Below, one piece after another: positions 17,388 to 25,846 of a stretch of 64,000 nucleotides of DNA. The stretch is from an uncultured delta proteobacterium (GTDB lineage Bacteria; Myxococcota; Myxococcia; Myxococcales; Myxococcaceae). Position 1 is the stretch's first letter; every line of letters begins with the position of its first letter. The notes beneath the pieces were generated by a model. It saw only the letters and a program-made list of their open reading frames with translations. It had not been told where the DNA came from and did no database searches. The stretch is taken from positions 3,104,001 through 3,168,000 of the forward strand of contig CAWCKH010000004.1 in NCBI GenBank assembly GCA_963796055.1, read 5' to 3'. The position numbers and the translations under genes are program-made.

Positions 17388-17461
17388 GCCGAGGTAGCCC
17401 AACCGGTAGAGGCACTGGTCTCAGACACCAGCAAGTGAGGGTTCGAATCCCTCTCTCGGTA
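17388..17461 (+). tRNA. tRNA-Leu(CAG) lacking the long variable arm
   Basis: GCCGAGG/TCTCGGT, CTGGT-CTCAGAC-ACCAG, 5-nt variable loop CAAGT, GAGGG-TTCGAAT-CCCTC, A73. Confidence 0.9.
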
Positions 17462-17526
17462 CAGCGGCCGGAAAGCCAGGTCCGTTGTCCAATCTTCCCT
17501 GGGGTCGAATCCTGTCCGACTCGCAC

Positions 17527-18000
17527 TCAGGGCTTCTCCCGCTCGTCTCGAGCGCGCGCCTCGGCGATCGCTCTCACATCGTCAAGGTATCGTCCTGCGT
17601 GAGGGCCCGTGGGGAGCGCCTCCTGGGCCCGGCGACAATCGGCCGTTCGCCCGTACCCGGTGATCGCCGAACTGAGGGCCAGAGTCCCCAAGGCGGTCAT
17701 TGTCGCCCCGATCGCGATTGCCTCTCCTGAGCTCGGGCCGACGCACCAACCGGTGCAGCTCCCGCTGGCTGCACCTGCCACGATCCCAAGCACGCCAACC
17801 CCGATAAGAGGAACCGCGAGAAAGGTGTCGACAGCCGGGACGGCATTGGAGGACGTGCACTCCAGCTTCGTCGGCTCCGGCTGCTCTGTCTCGTGGGCGG
17901 AGATCTCGGCTGAATGAGGTCCGTGAACGAAGGCGTACGAGCAGCCGGAGTTGCCCAGGGTCAAGAGCATCACCCCCGCAATGCACACCGCTCTCGCCAT
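17527..18000 (-). CDS. hypothetical lipoprotein/membrane protein
   Basis: Hydrophobic N-terminus with GNSGC lipobox-like site, two further TM segments and paired Cys; start could be 18051. Confidence 0.65.
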   Translation of the reverse strand: MARAVCIAGVMLLTLGNSGCSYAFVHGPHSAEISAHETEQPEPTKLECTSSNAVPAVDTFLAVPLIGVGVLGIVAGAASGSCTGWCVGPSSGEAIAIGATMTALGTLALSSAITGYGRTADCRRAQEALPTGPHAGRYLDDVRAIAEARARDEREKP

Positions 18001-18479
18001 CACCGAGGACGACGTTCGACAGTCGTGTTCAACATCTCCGTCGACACCCATGACTCACCCCCTTGGTTCGACGCGGCGGTCCTCGAAGAATGCCGCACGA
18101 AATTCTGAACAGCTTCATGTTGCATTCAATGGACCGCAAGGCGGACTCCGTAGTCTGCGCGTAGCCGCCGTCCCCTCGTGCGAGGCACTGCACACCCGTG
18201 CAATCAATTGCACGAGATACATGGCAGATGAGGGCAGAGTTGAGCGTGCTTGAAACCCCACTTACATGCGTGCGCGCGGCGTCCTCGAGGAGGAGGCCGT
18301 CCCGGACACCGCGCTCGACGTCCTGCAGCTCGAAAGCATCCAGGTGTCGCGGAGCGGGGGGCCGGCACCTCACCAGGAGCGTGCGAGAGGAGTACGCTCT
18401 CGGAGTCGCTGAGCCACGGCGCGGAGCGCACAGCCCCCGAGCGCCACCTGCTCGGGGGCGCGGTGCAGGACGGCTGTGC

Positions 18480-19244
18480 TCACTGCGCGCCGCTCGCCTC
18501 CATGTCGCGGGCGACCTGGAGCGCGATGGCCTTCACCCGTTCCTCCTCGGGACAATCGCCATCGATGTGTCCTTCGCGGACGCGCTCCAGCTCGGTGAGG
18601 GCGGCGGCGACGTTGCCTTCGCGCCACAGCGTCTCGGCGAGCCAGGCCATCGCGCGGAGGTTCCGCGGGTCATCAGCGAGGGCGTGCTGGTACCAGGCGG
18701 CCGACTTCGCCAGGCTCCGCTTCGGCCAGGGCATCTCGAAGAAGTAGCGGCCCTTTGCCAGGCGGGGCCCCTGGTGCTCGAACCGGGGGTCGAGCGCGAG
18801 CGCCCGCTCGAGGCGCTCGTTGAACTTGGAGTCGAGCCCCTCGCCGAGCGCGCTCAGGATTCCGGCCCCGCTGCAGTACAGGCCGATGCCCACGGCGGCG
18901 AAGTAGTGTCCGGCGACCCACTCGGGCTTTGCTCGCGAGAGCTGGTCCCCGACATCCCAAGCCTCGCGGCCGAGCCGCTTCCTTTCCTTGGGGTCGGTGA
19001 CGCTGTCACCGACCCAGAGTGCGAACCGCGCCTTCCAGAACATGCGCTCCGGAGCGTCGGGGCGCTCGGCGAGCGCAGCCGTCGCCAGGCGCAGCGCTTC
19101 GTCGGCCTTCGCCGGGTCCCTGCGCTCGGCCCAGAGTGAGGCGAGTCTGGCGACCTGTCCGGCTGCACGGACGGGCTCGCGTGCAGCCTCCTCGGCGAGT
19201 CCCAGGCCGGGGCAGAGCAGAAGGAGCAGAGCAACCCAGCGCAT
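18480..19244 (-). CDS. secreted TPR protein (TRAP TatT-component-like)
   Basis: Signal peptide MRWVALLLLLCPGLGLA, helical repeats, LERALALDPRFEHQGPRLAKGRYFFEMPWPKR. Confidence 0.7.
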   Translation of the reverse strand: MRWVALLLLLCPGLGLAEEAAREPVRAAGQVARLASLWAERRDPAKADEALRLATAALAERPDAPERMFWKARFALWVGDSVTDPKERKRLGREAWDVGDQLSRAKPEWVAGHYFAAVGIGLYCSGAGILSALGEGLDSKFNERLERALALDPRFEHQGPRLAKGRYFFEMPWPKRSLAKSAAWYQHALADDPRNLRAMAWLAETLWREGNVAAALTELERVREGHIDGDCPEEERVKAIALQVARDMEASGAQ

Positions 19245-19341
19245 CGCGTGTGAAGGAGAGCACGCGGGCGCCCAGATGAGAAGGACCGCGGGCCCGTGAC
19301 CCCCTTCCTGTCCAGGCGGTACTGCACGCTGAGCGCCGGCA

Positions 19342-19605
19342 TCACCCCGGTCGCTCGAGCGCCATGCGCACGGCAAGGACTCCGCCCATCGACTGCGCAA
19401 TGACGGCGCTCGGTTCGACTGGCAGCTGCTCCACGAGCCACCTGAAGAGATCGTCCAGTGACTCGATCGTGGGATCGACCGGGCAGTCGCCAAAGCCCGG
19501 ATAGCCGAACACGTGGTTGCGACCGAGGTCAGCCAATCTATCGGCGACAGGGCGCCAGAAGGACGCGGTTCCACCAGCGCCGGGCAGAAACACCTGAGGT
19601 GACAT
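19342..19605 (-). pseudogene. truncated alpha/beta hydrolase
   Basis: FLPGAGG, YPGFG and nucleophile elbow AQSMGG, then a stop after 87 aa; catalytic Asp/His region absent. Confidence 0.7.
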
Positions 19606-19812
19606 GCAACGACCTTATTAGCGGAGACCGGGCACGGTGGTCCGTTCCACGAACTTCCGGACGAAGTTGACCCTGCAGCTACGCTCACCAGAGGGAGGGT
19701 CGGACACATCCACGGCAGTCGTGACAACCGTCGTGAGTACCAGGCTGTCCGCGCGATCTGGCCTGCAACGTTCGACGTCGGAAGGTTCCGGAGTGGCGGA
19801 GGTCACGCACGC

Positions 19813-20370
19813 ATGAAGCGGTCGTTCGTTTCGGCGGTTCTGCTGCTCAGCTTGGTCCACGGCTCCACGGCACTCGCCGACGATTCCGGCCTGACCTTCG
19901 TCACCGTCGATGGAGTCCAGGGCGAATCCACGCGGACGGGGCACGAGGGCCAGATCGAGGCCTCGAACTTCTCCCAAACCTTTCGCCTGGCGGTGGCCAC
20001 GGGCGGAGCAGGCGGCGGCGTCGGCAAGCCGACCCTCGGTCCGGTGGTCTTCGAGAAGGCCCAGGGAGCGGCCAGCATCAAGCTCCTGAAGGCGCTGCTC
20101 TCCGGTCAGGCCATCGCGAAGGTGTTCGTCGACTTCTCCGCCCAGCAGCCCGATGGCAAGAGCGCTGTCACCTACAGGATCACGCTCCTGAACGTGATGG
20201 TCGTGGGCCTCAACGAGAAGAGCGTCGATGGCAGGCTCGTCGACGAGGTCCAGCTCACGTTCGAGTCCGGGATCTGGGAAGTCTTCGACCCGGCCGACTC
20301 GACGAGCTTCGACGGCAAGACCGGCAAGGTGAACGTGATCGCGCCTTCCGGCAGCCGCAGCACCCGGTGA
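19813..20370 (+). CDS. Hcp-like (T6SS tube fold) protein with N-terminal Sec signal peptide
   Basis: VDGVQGES..GHEGQIE, GGAGGGVGKP, FEKAQGAASIKLLKALLSG, YRITLLNVMV, DEVQLTF; MKRSFVSAVLLLSLVHGSTALA signal; GGAGG RBS. Confidence 0.8.
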   Translation: MKRSFVSAVLLLSLVHGSTALADDSGLTFVTVDGVQGESTRTGHEGQIEASNFSQTFRLAVATGGAGGGVGKPTLGPVVFEKAQGAASIKLLKALLSGQAIAKVFVDFSAQQPDGKSAVTYRITLLNVMVVGLNEKSVDGRLVDEVQLTFESGIWEVFDPADSTSFDGKTGKVNVIAPSGSRSTR

Positions 20371-20377
20371 GGCGATC

Positions 20378-20905
20378 GTGAACGGCTGGTGGAGCACCGT
20401 TCCCGCGCTGGTCGCGGCCTCGGCAGTGGTCATCGCCTGCGGCACAGGGACGACAGCGCCGTCCCGATCGCCCTCGAACGCGCAGCCGGTCCCGGAGGAC
20501 ACGCCCCCCAGCGACGCGCTCGAGACCCCCGGCCCCTGGGCTCCAAGCCGTGCGCTCCAGCTCGACCGGTTCGCGCTCGAGACTGCCCTCGGGGTCGCCC
20601 TCGTCGGACCCGCGGGGGCTGAGCTCGGCAGCTCCACCCGATGGACGCTCGCCGGCGGGGACACCGAGCTCCGCTTCGACGTGCGCACCGGGTTCAATGG
20701 CGCCGAGGCCGAGGTCCAGTGCCGCGGGCTCGCGGGCGACGGAGCGGTGCAGTCCCTGAGCCTCGGCACCCCGGTCTGGAGCGCAGCGAACGACGTCTAC
20801 TTGACCCAGGGGGCGTCCTGCATCCGCGTGCGCGTGACCCGGAGCGGCCGCGCCGACCCCGCCGGTGCAGCTGCGGTCGCCGGAGCGCTCGTGCGCGCCG
20901 ACTAG
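20378..20905 (+). CDS. hypothetical lipoprotein
   Basis: AVVIAC lipobox, Pro-rich linker, beta-rich domain with 2 Cys; 7 nt after the Hcp-like gene. Confidence 0.6.
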   Translation: MNGWWSTVPALVAASAVVIACGTGTTAPSRSPSNAQPVPEDTPPSDALETPGPWAPSRALQLDRFALETALGVALVGPAGAELGSSTRWTLAGGDTELRFDVRTGFNGAEAEVQCRGLAGDGAVQSLSLGTPVWSAANDVYLTQGASCIRVRVTRSGRADPAGAAAVAGALVRAD

Positions 20906-21274
20906 ACCGAGGTGGTGCGCACGTCGCGAACGGCCCAGCCAATCGCAGGCCGCAGGCCCAGCGTCGCCCGGTCCTGCGAAACGCCGACGAATCCGCCGAG
21001 CAGTTCCATCGCGGTGCTCTCGGTCAGGTACTGCCAGGTGAAGCCCACCCGGGACAGCCCGGAGGGGAAGTCAGTGGCCTTGGGCCCCTCACCAAACTGC
21101 TGCTCGTGCATCTCGCGCCAGCTCTCGACGTAGGCGTTTCGCTGCCACCCATCCTGCTGGAGATACGGAAAGAGGACGTTGATCCAACCGGTCACCCAGG
21201 GACCTCCGGAGACCTCGCTCAGCTTGTAACGGGTCACCCGGGGTCTGGACGTCCGAGACGGAGAAAGTGATCAT
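20902..21274 (-). pseudogene. DUF4419-like protein with a large internal deletion
   Basis: GGAGG RBS and MITFSVSDVQTP N-terminus joined out of frame to C-terminal SGGPWVTGWINVLFPY...PSGLSRV...GGFVGVSQ...LRPAIGWAV. Confidence 0.65.
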
Positions 21275-21394
21275 GGTCACCTCCGCAAACCCAAGGGCTG
21301 CCGGGCGGGCTCGAAACGCCGAGCCCCGAAGAAACAGGCTGCGCTTACGCCCGGGCCAGGAAGGGTACAAGCCTAGGGTAGCAGATTCTCGAAC

Positions 21395-22390
21395 CTAGCC
21401 TGGAGCCGCACGCGGCAACGAACTCGGCGATGATTCGCGCCGCCACGCTTCGCGGGGCATGGCGCTCGCGAGTAGGAGAACGGCGCCACAAAACATCAGC
21501 GTATCTGCGAGGTAATTGAGGCCGTCGTCGAGGCTCGCGCGATGGACCACTCCGATCGGCACATAGACGACCAGCACCAGCAAGAGCACGGTCAAGCCAA
21601 GCCACGTTGCGGCTGCGCGGGCCTTCTTGCCAACAAGCAAGAGGGAACCAGCGCATGCGTAAACCACGGCGGTCAGATAGGTCCAAATGGCGTGTCCGTA
21701 GACGTAGTGCGGAGTCAAGCGGTTCAGCGGAACGCCGGGAAGGTGATCGCCGTGCATGAATTGTTCGAGGCTGAAGACCAGCACGGGTAGGGCGACGAAG
21801 TATCGCCCAATTGTCCCGAGGACGTCCCTGCCGCGCCACGGTGCCGTGAGGCTGGCTGCCAGCGCCAGGGCACCACCGCTGAAGGAGAGTTCACGCAGCG
21901 CGAGCGTGAGCGCAAACCGGTCTCGCGGGTCTTGTGCCCAGGCTGGGACGTCCATCAGCACCACGAAACAAAAGAACGTCAAGGCAAGCAAGGCTGCCGC
22001 AAGCCGTGCCTGAATCCTTGTCACCAGGCTCAGCGCGGCGGCAATGAAGCAAGCACCCACGAAGTACGCCCAGAATTCATGCCACGGAATCCACGCCGGT
22101 ACGATGGATGCGATGGCATCCGTCCGCGTGAAGTGTTCTGTGCCAAATGCCGCGAGTGGCGCTGCGAAAAACAGTGGCCCCACGAGAAGCAGCTTTTCGG
22201 CTCCCCGCGCTCTTGACCAGTCGTGACGAAGAAGAGTGGCAACGAACCAAATCGCAAGAACAACTCCGCCGACACCATACGACCAGATCACGTCGCTCGG
22301 AATCACGAGGATCGTCGACGATCTCAGCAAGCTACCGCTCACGACGACCCCCTTCGCTCCTCTCACCCCCGAGCTCGAGGCGATGTCCAT
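21395..22390 (-). CDS. DoxX-like multi-pass membrane protein (duplicated domain); start uncertain
   Basis: FGTEHF..IVPAWIPWHEFWAYFVG repeated as FSLEQF..TPHYVYGHAIWTYLT; visibly lower GC. Confidence 0.7.
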   Translation of the reverse strand: MDIASSSGVRGAKGVVVSGSLLRSSTILVIPSDVIWSYGVGGVVLAIWFVATLLRHDWSRARGAEKLLLVGPLFFAAPLAAFGTEHFTRTDAIASIVPAWIPWHEFWAYFVGACFIAAALSLVTRIQARLAAALLALTFFCFVVLMDVPAWAQDPRDRFALTLALRELSFSGGALALAASLTAPWRGRDVLGTIGRYFVALPVLVFSLEQFMHGDHLPGVPLNRLTPHYVYGHAIWTYLTAVVYACAGSLLLVGKKARAAATWLGLTVLLLVLVVYVPIGVVHRASLDDGLNYLADTLMFCGAVLLLASAMPREAWRRESSPSSLPRAAPG

Positions 22391-22532
22391 CGGCGACTTG
22401 CTCAGGCACACCGGAGGGCGGGCACTTACTCAGCCGGGCCGGCGTCGTCCAGGGGCTACGTCAAGAAGTCCGTCAGCGGGGCTGCGACCGCAGCGAAGTG
22501 CAGCGCCTTCAGCCGGAGAATCAGAATACTTC

Positions 22533-23858
22533 TCACGGAAATAGAAACTGCGGAACGTAGCTGAGCCTCAGCGTGATCGCACGACCTTCGTGGAACGCGG
22601 CCATGGAGGCGTCGTACTGTATCGTGGGGCAAAACTGCGCTCGACCCTGCATTGCAGCATTCTGCAGACAACGTAGACCCAGAGCACGGCGTCGTTCTTC
22701 GGCACCGTACGCCGAGTCATAATCGTAGTGCGTCAAGAACGGACCCAGGAGCGTCAGGTAGAGAGCCACGGCAGCAACGCCAGAAAAGCGTGACGGGAGG
22801 CGAGTGAGGAGATTCCTCCATACAAGCAGACAAAGCGGCAGGACCAGGAAAGTAGCGACGTACAAGTATCTGCCGCTCAGAGCACCACCAACTCCGGCCC
22901 AAGCCCGGGCGTGACTGATCGAGCCCAGAGCGAGCAACAGACAGGACGTCCAGGAGAGAAGAGCCACCGAATGGAGCCTCTCGGGGGCCCCCGCCGCCTT
23001 GAGCCTCCTTGCCTCGAGGCAGCCAACCCCAAGAAGGAGAACCAGCGCAGCCCAGCCTATCATTGGTCGTGGCGTCGAAGCGCCGATCCCCAGCCCTCCT
23101 GCGACCAAGGAACCATAATGATCCCAGAAGAGTGAAGAGGTGAGGGACGTCACCTCTTCACGCTGACCGGGATAGCCAACAAACCAGAGAGAGACTCCGA
23201 GTAGATAAATGATGGCATGGGTGGCAGCGCGCCGTCGGCTCTCAGGGCGCCATGCAGCGACGAAGGCCAGCAGGATCGGGTACGACAGCGAGAGAATCAG
23301 GCCCATTCCCATGGCATAGGTTGCCGCAAGCGCAAAAAATGGCGCGAGGCGACCAATGCCACCAGCCTTCAACTCGAACGCCAAGGCAAGCATCGAGAAC
23401 AGAAGACCAAACGTCCACTGCCCGTTGCTTGCGTGAAGATGAACTTCCGCCGGAATCGATGTGGCAAATAAGGGGAGCAGATGAGCAAGCCTGATGGCAA
23501 AGGCGCTCTCGAGCCATCGGATCATGCTCATTATAGTAAGGACGAAGAGGGTGAAATTCAGTGCCACGTGAACGTTGATGTTCCAGGCGCAGACCCGATA
23601 GAGCGTCCAAATTGATAAGTTGGTCCAGACGGTTCGATGAACGTTGTGGAAAGAAAAGAGCCATTTGAGATCCAGGTCTGAGTTGAGCCCACCGGGATCC
23701 AAGGCGGCCCAGTCGTCCCAATGCAGAACATTGACCGAGTGGCCCAGGACAGCCATTCCGTCGAGCGCGAGGAGAGAGATGCCCAAGAAGAGCGCGGCGA
23801 GGCGTACTGCGCGCTGAAGCAGCCGGACGCGGGCGGCCCCCGGGGAGGAGAGCCTCAC
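22533..23858 (-). CDS. multi-pass membrane protein, probable GT-C glycosyltransferase-like; lower GC
   Basis: First periplasmic loop WDDW...FHNVHR, about 11 TM segments, late SGRY motif; start uncertain. Confidence 0.55.
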   Translation of the reverse strand: MRLSSPGAARVRLLQRAVRLAALFLGISLLALDGMAVLGHSVNVLHWDDWAALDPGGLNSDLDLKWLFSFHNVHRTVWTNLSIWTLYRVCAWNINVHVALNFTLFVLTIMSMIRWLESAFAIRLAHLLPLFATSIPAEVHLHASNGQWTFGLLFSMLALAFELKAGGIGRLAPFFALAATYAMGMGLILSLSYPILLAFVAAWRPESRRRAATHAIIYLLGVSLWFVGYPGQREEVTSLTSSLFWDHYGSLVAGGLGIGASTPRPMIGWAALVLLLGVGCLEARRLKAAGAPERLHSVALLSWTSCLLLALGSISHARAWAGVGGALSGRYLYVATFLVLPLCLLVWRNLLTRLPSRFSGVAAVALYLTLLGPFLTHYDYDSAYGAEERRRALGLRCLQNAAMQGRAQFCPTIQYDASMAAFHEGRAITLRLSYVPQFLFP

Positions 23859-23878
23859 GGAAGCCCCCCGCTCCCGGT

Positions 23879-24286
23879 CTGATCGAGGAGTCGACCGGGC
23901 AGAGCAGCGGTGGAGACGAGGAGGCCACGCTGGAGATTCCTCCACCGAGGACGCTGCCCGATCACCCGCGTCTGGTCGTCCGACCCGAGGAGGCGCTCAC
24001 CGGGGAGGCGGTGGAGATCGTCGGAGCGGTGCTCGCCGAGAAGGGGCTCCTCGCCGAGCGGACGCCCCGCCCGCCCACGGTCTGGCCTGCGCTGGGTCGC
24101 TTCCAGGACTCGCAGGGGCTCGCTGCCACCGGCTTTCCCGACCGGCTCACTCTCCACCGGCTCGGGGTGGATCCGTCGCACGTCCTCCTGCCGCTCGGCC
24201 GAAGAAACGGCTCGTCGGCGCCTCCGACGAGACAGCCGGTGAAGAACAGCTCCGGATTGGTGTCGAAACGTCACCCTGGCGGTTAG
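23879..24286 (+). CDS. peptidoglycan-binding domain protein, apparently 5'-truncated
   Basis: ALGRFQDSQGLAATGFPDRLTLHRLGVDP is PG_binding_1-like; frame is open upstream of GTG 24011 with no good start. Confidence 0.45.
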   Translation: MIEESTGQSSGGDEEATLEIPPPRTLPDHPRLVVRPEEALTGEAVEIVGAVLAEKGLLAERTPRPPTVWPALGRFQDSQGLAATGFPDRLTLHRLGVDPSHVLLPLGRRNGSSAPPTRQPVKNSSGLVSKRHPGG

Positions 24287-24299
24287 TCTCCGCCGTCTC

Positions 24300-25508
24300 A
24301 TGTCGAAGCTGAAGATCTTGCTGCTGGAGTCGATCCACCCGGTGGCCGATGGGCTGCTCGAGTCCGAGGGCTTCGAGGTCCACCGTGCCGACGGTGCCCT
24401 CAAGGAGGACCAGCTCTCCGAGCGTCTGAAGGGCTTCCACCTGCTCGGCATCCGCAGCAAGACCCAGGTCACCCGCCGGGTCCTCGATGCGGCGGATTCG
24501 CTGGTCGGCATCGGGGCGTTCTGCATCGGCACCAACCAGATCGCGCTCGACCACGCCATGAAGCGTGGAGTGGCCGTCTTCAACGCGCCGTTCTCCAACA
24601 CCCGCAGCGTCGCAGAGATGGTCATCGCGGAGATCATCATGCTCTCCCGCCATCTCGGTGACCGGTCGCGCGAGATGCACCACGGGGTCTGGAAGAAAGT
24701 GGCCACCGGCTCGCGTGAGGTGCGGGCCAAGACGCTGGGCGTCGTCGGCTACGGCCACATCGGCAGCCAGGTGTCGATTCTCGCCGAAGATCTCGGAATG
24801 CGGGTCATCTTCTTCGACACCTCGGCCAAGCTGCCCCTGGGCAACTCGCAGCCGGTGAAGTCGCTGGATGCCCTCCTCGAGCAGAGCGACTTCGTGACCC
24901 TCCACGTCCCCGAGACGCCGCAGACCAAGGGGATGATCGGTGCCGCCCAGCTCGCCCGGATGAAGAAGGGCGCCTGCCTGATCAACGCCAGCCGCGGGAC
25001 GGTGGTGGACCTCGACGCGCTCGCCCATGCCTTGCAAGAGAAGAGGCTGGACGGCGCGGCGCTGGACGTCTACCCGGAGGAGCCCGAGGCCAACAACGCC
25101 GAGGGCTTCGAGACGCCGCTGCGGGGCCTGTCCAACGTCATCCTCACCCCGCACGTCGGCGGCTCCACGGCGGAGGCCCAGGAGGCGATCGGCCGGGAGG
25201 TCTCGGCCAGCCTCGCCCGCTTCGCTCACACCGGGACGACCGTGGGCTCGGTGAACTTCCCCCAGGTGGAGCTCGCGCGTACGCCGGACACCTGGCGGGT
25301 GATCAACGTCCACCAGAACGTTCCCGGCGTGATGCGCGACGTGAACAAGATCGTCTCCGACCGCGAGGCCAACATCCACGCCCAGGTCCTCTCCACCAAC
25401 GCGTCGATCGGCTACCTGATCATGGACCTGGATTCGGACGTGGCGGCGCAGGTGGTGGAAGACATGCGCCGGCTCCCGACCAGCATCTCGGCGAGGACGG
25501 TGGTGTGA
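24300..25508 (+). CDS. serA: D-3-phosphoglycerate dehydrogenase
   Basis: GIRSKT, FCIGTNQ, NAPFSNTRSVAE, GYGHIG, TPHVGGST, C-terminal ACT domain. Confidence 0.96.
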   Translation: MSKLKILLLESIHPVADGLLESEGFEVHRADGALKEDQLSERLKGFHLLGIRSKTQVTRRVLDAADSLVGIGAFCIGTNQIALDHAMKRGVAVFNAPFSNTRSVAEMVIAEIIMLSRHLGDRSREMHHGVWKKVATGSREVRAKTLGVVGYGHIGSQVSILAEDLGMRVIFFDTSAKLPLGNSQPVKSLDALLEQSDFVTLHVPETPQTKGMIGAAQLARMKKGACLINASRGTVVDLDALAHALQEKRLDGAALDVYPEEPEANNAEGFETPLRGLSNVILTPHVGGSTAEAQEAIGREVSASLARFAHTGTTVGSVNFPQVELARTPDTWRVINVHQNVPGVMRDVNKIVSDREANIHAQVLSTNASIGYLIMDLDSDVAAQVVEDMRRLPTSISARTVV

Positions 25509-25514
25509 GCCGGA

Positions 25515-25846
25515 TCATGTCGCGCGAGCGACCTGCCGCAGCAGGCGTCGGGTCACGAGCCCGTGGCCGCCGCTTCCGATGACCGCGGCGCGGTATAGGC
25601 GGCCCAGGAGGCCGGGAACCGTGCATGCGTCTGCGCGCGCAGGCGCGCCATCATCGAGGATGAAGGTCAAGGCGTAATCCGAGAATCGGTGGCGCCCGCG
25701 CAGCTCGAGCCGCCGGCCGGGCTCGGCCTCCACCACCTGGAATCCCGCCACCGCGTCCCCTGGGCGACCTGAGAACTCGGCCGTCCCCTCGAGGGGGTCG
25801 CAGCCCAGAAGTCGAGCGAGCGCTGAGTGGCGCCCGGGCTGCTCAC
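25515..25846 (-). pseudogene. degenerate hypothetical protein (SRPBCC/DUF2867-like remnant)
   Basis: GFQVVEAEPGRRLELRGRHRFSDYAL...PGLLGRLYRAAVIGSGGH; an alternative frame gives RLRAQTHARFP, suggesting compensating indels; no clear start. Confidence 0.4.

Noticed and set aside
16845..17438. ORFs over the tRNA array (197 aa and smaller ones on both strands)
   Set aside because: Chance open frames across tRNA genes with no protein motifs.
16474..17461. CRISPR array suggested by recurring GGTTCGA(T/C)TC about every 75 nt
   Set aside because: The recurring motif is the tRNA T-loop; each unit folds as a cloverleaf, repeats are not identical, and no cas genes are present.
17388..17461. Opal suppressor or Sec tRNA (TCA within loop CTCAGAC)
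   Set aside because: In the 7-nt loop closed by CTGGT/ACCAG the anticodon is CAG; TCA is off-register and no Sec-type long arms exist.
17462..17520. Twelfth tRNA (GGGGTCGAATCCT resembles a T arm)
   Set aside because: No matching acceptor or anticodon stems could be built; at most a remnant.
19813..20370. Type VI secretion locus
   Set aside because: Single Hcp-like gene only, and it carries a signal peptide.
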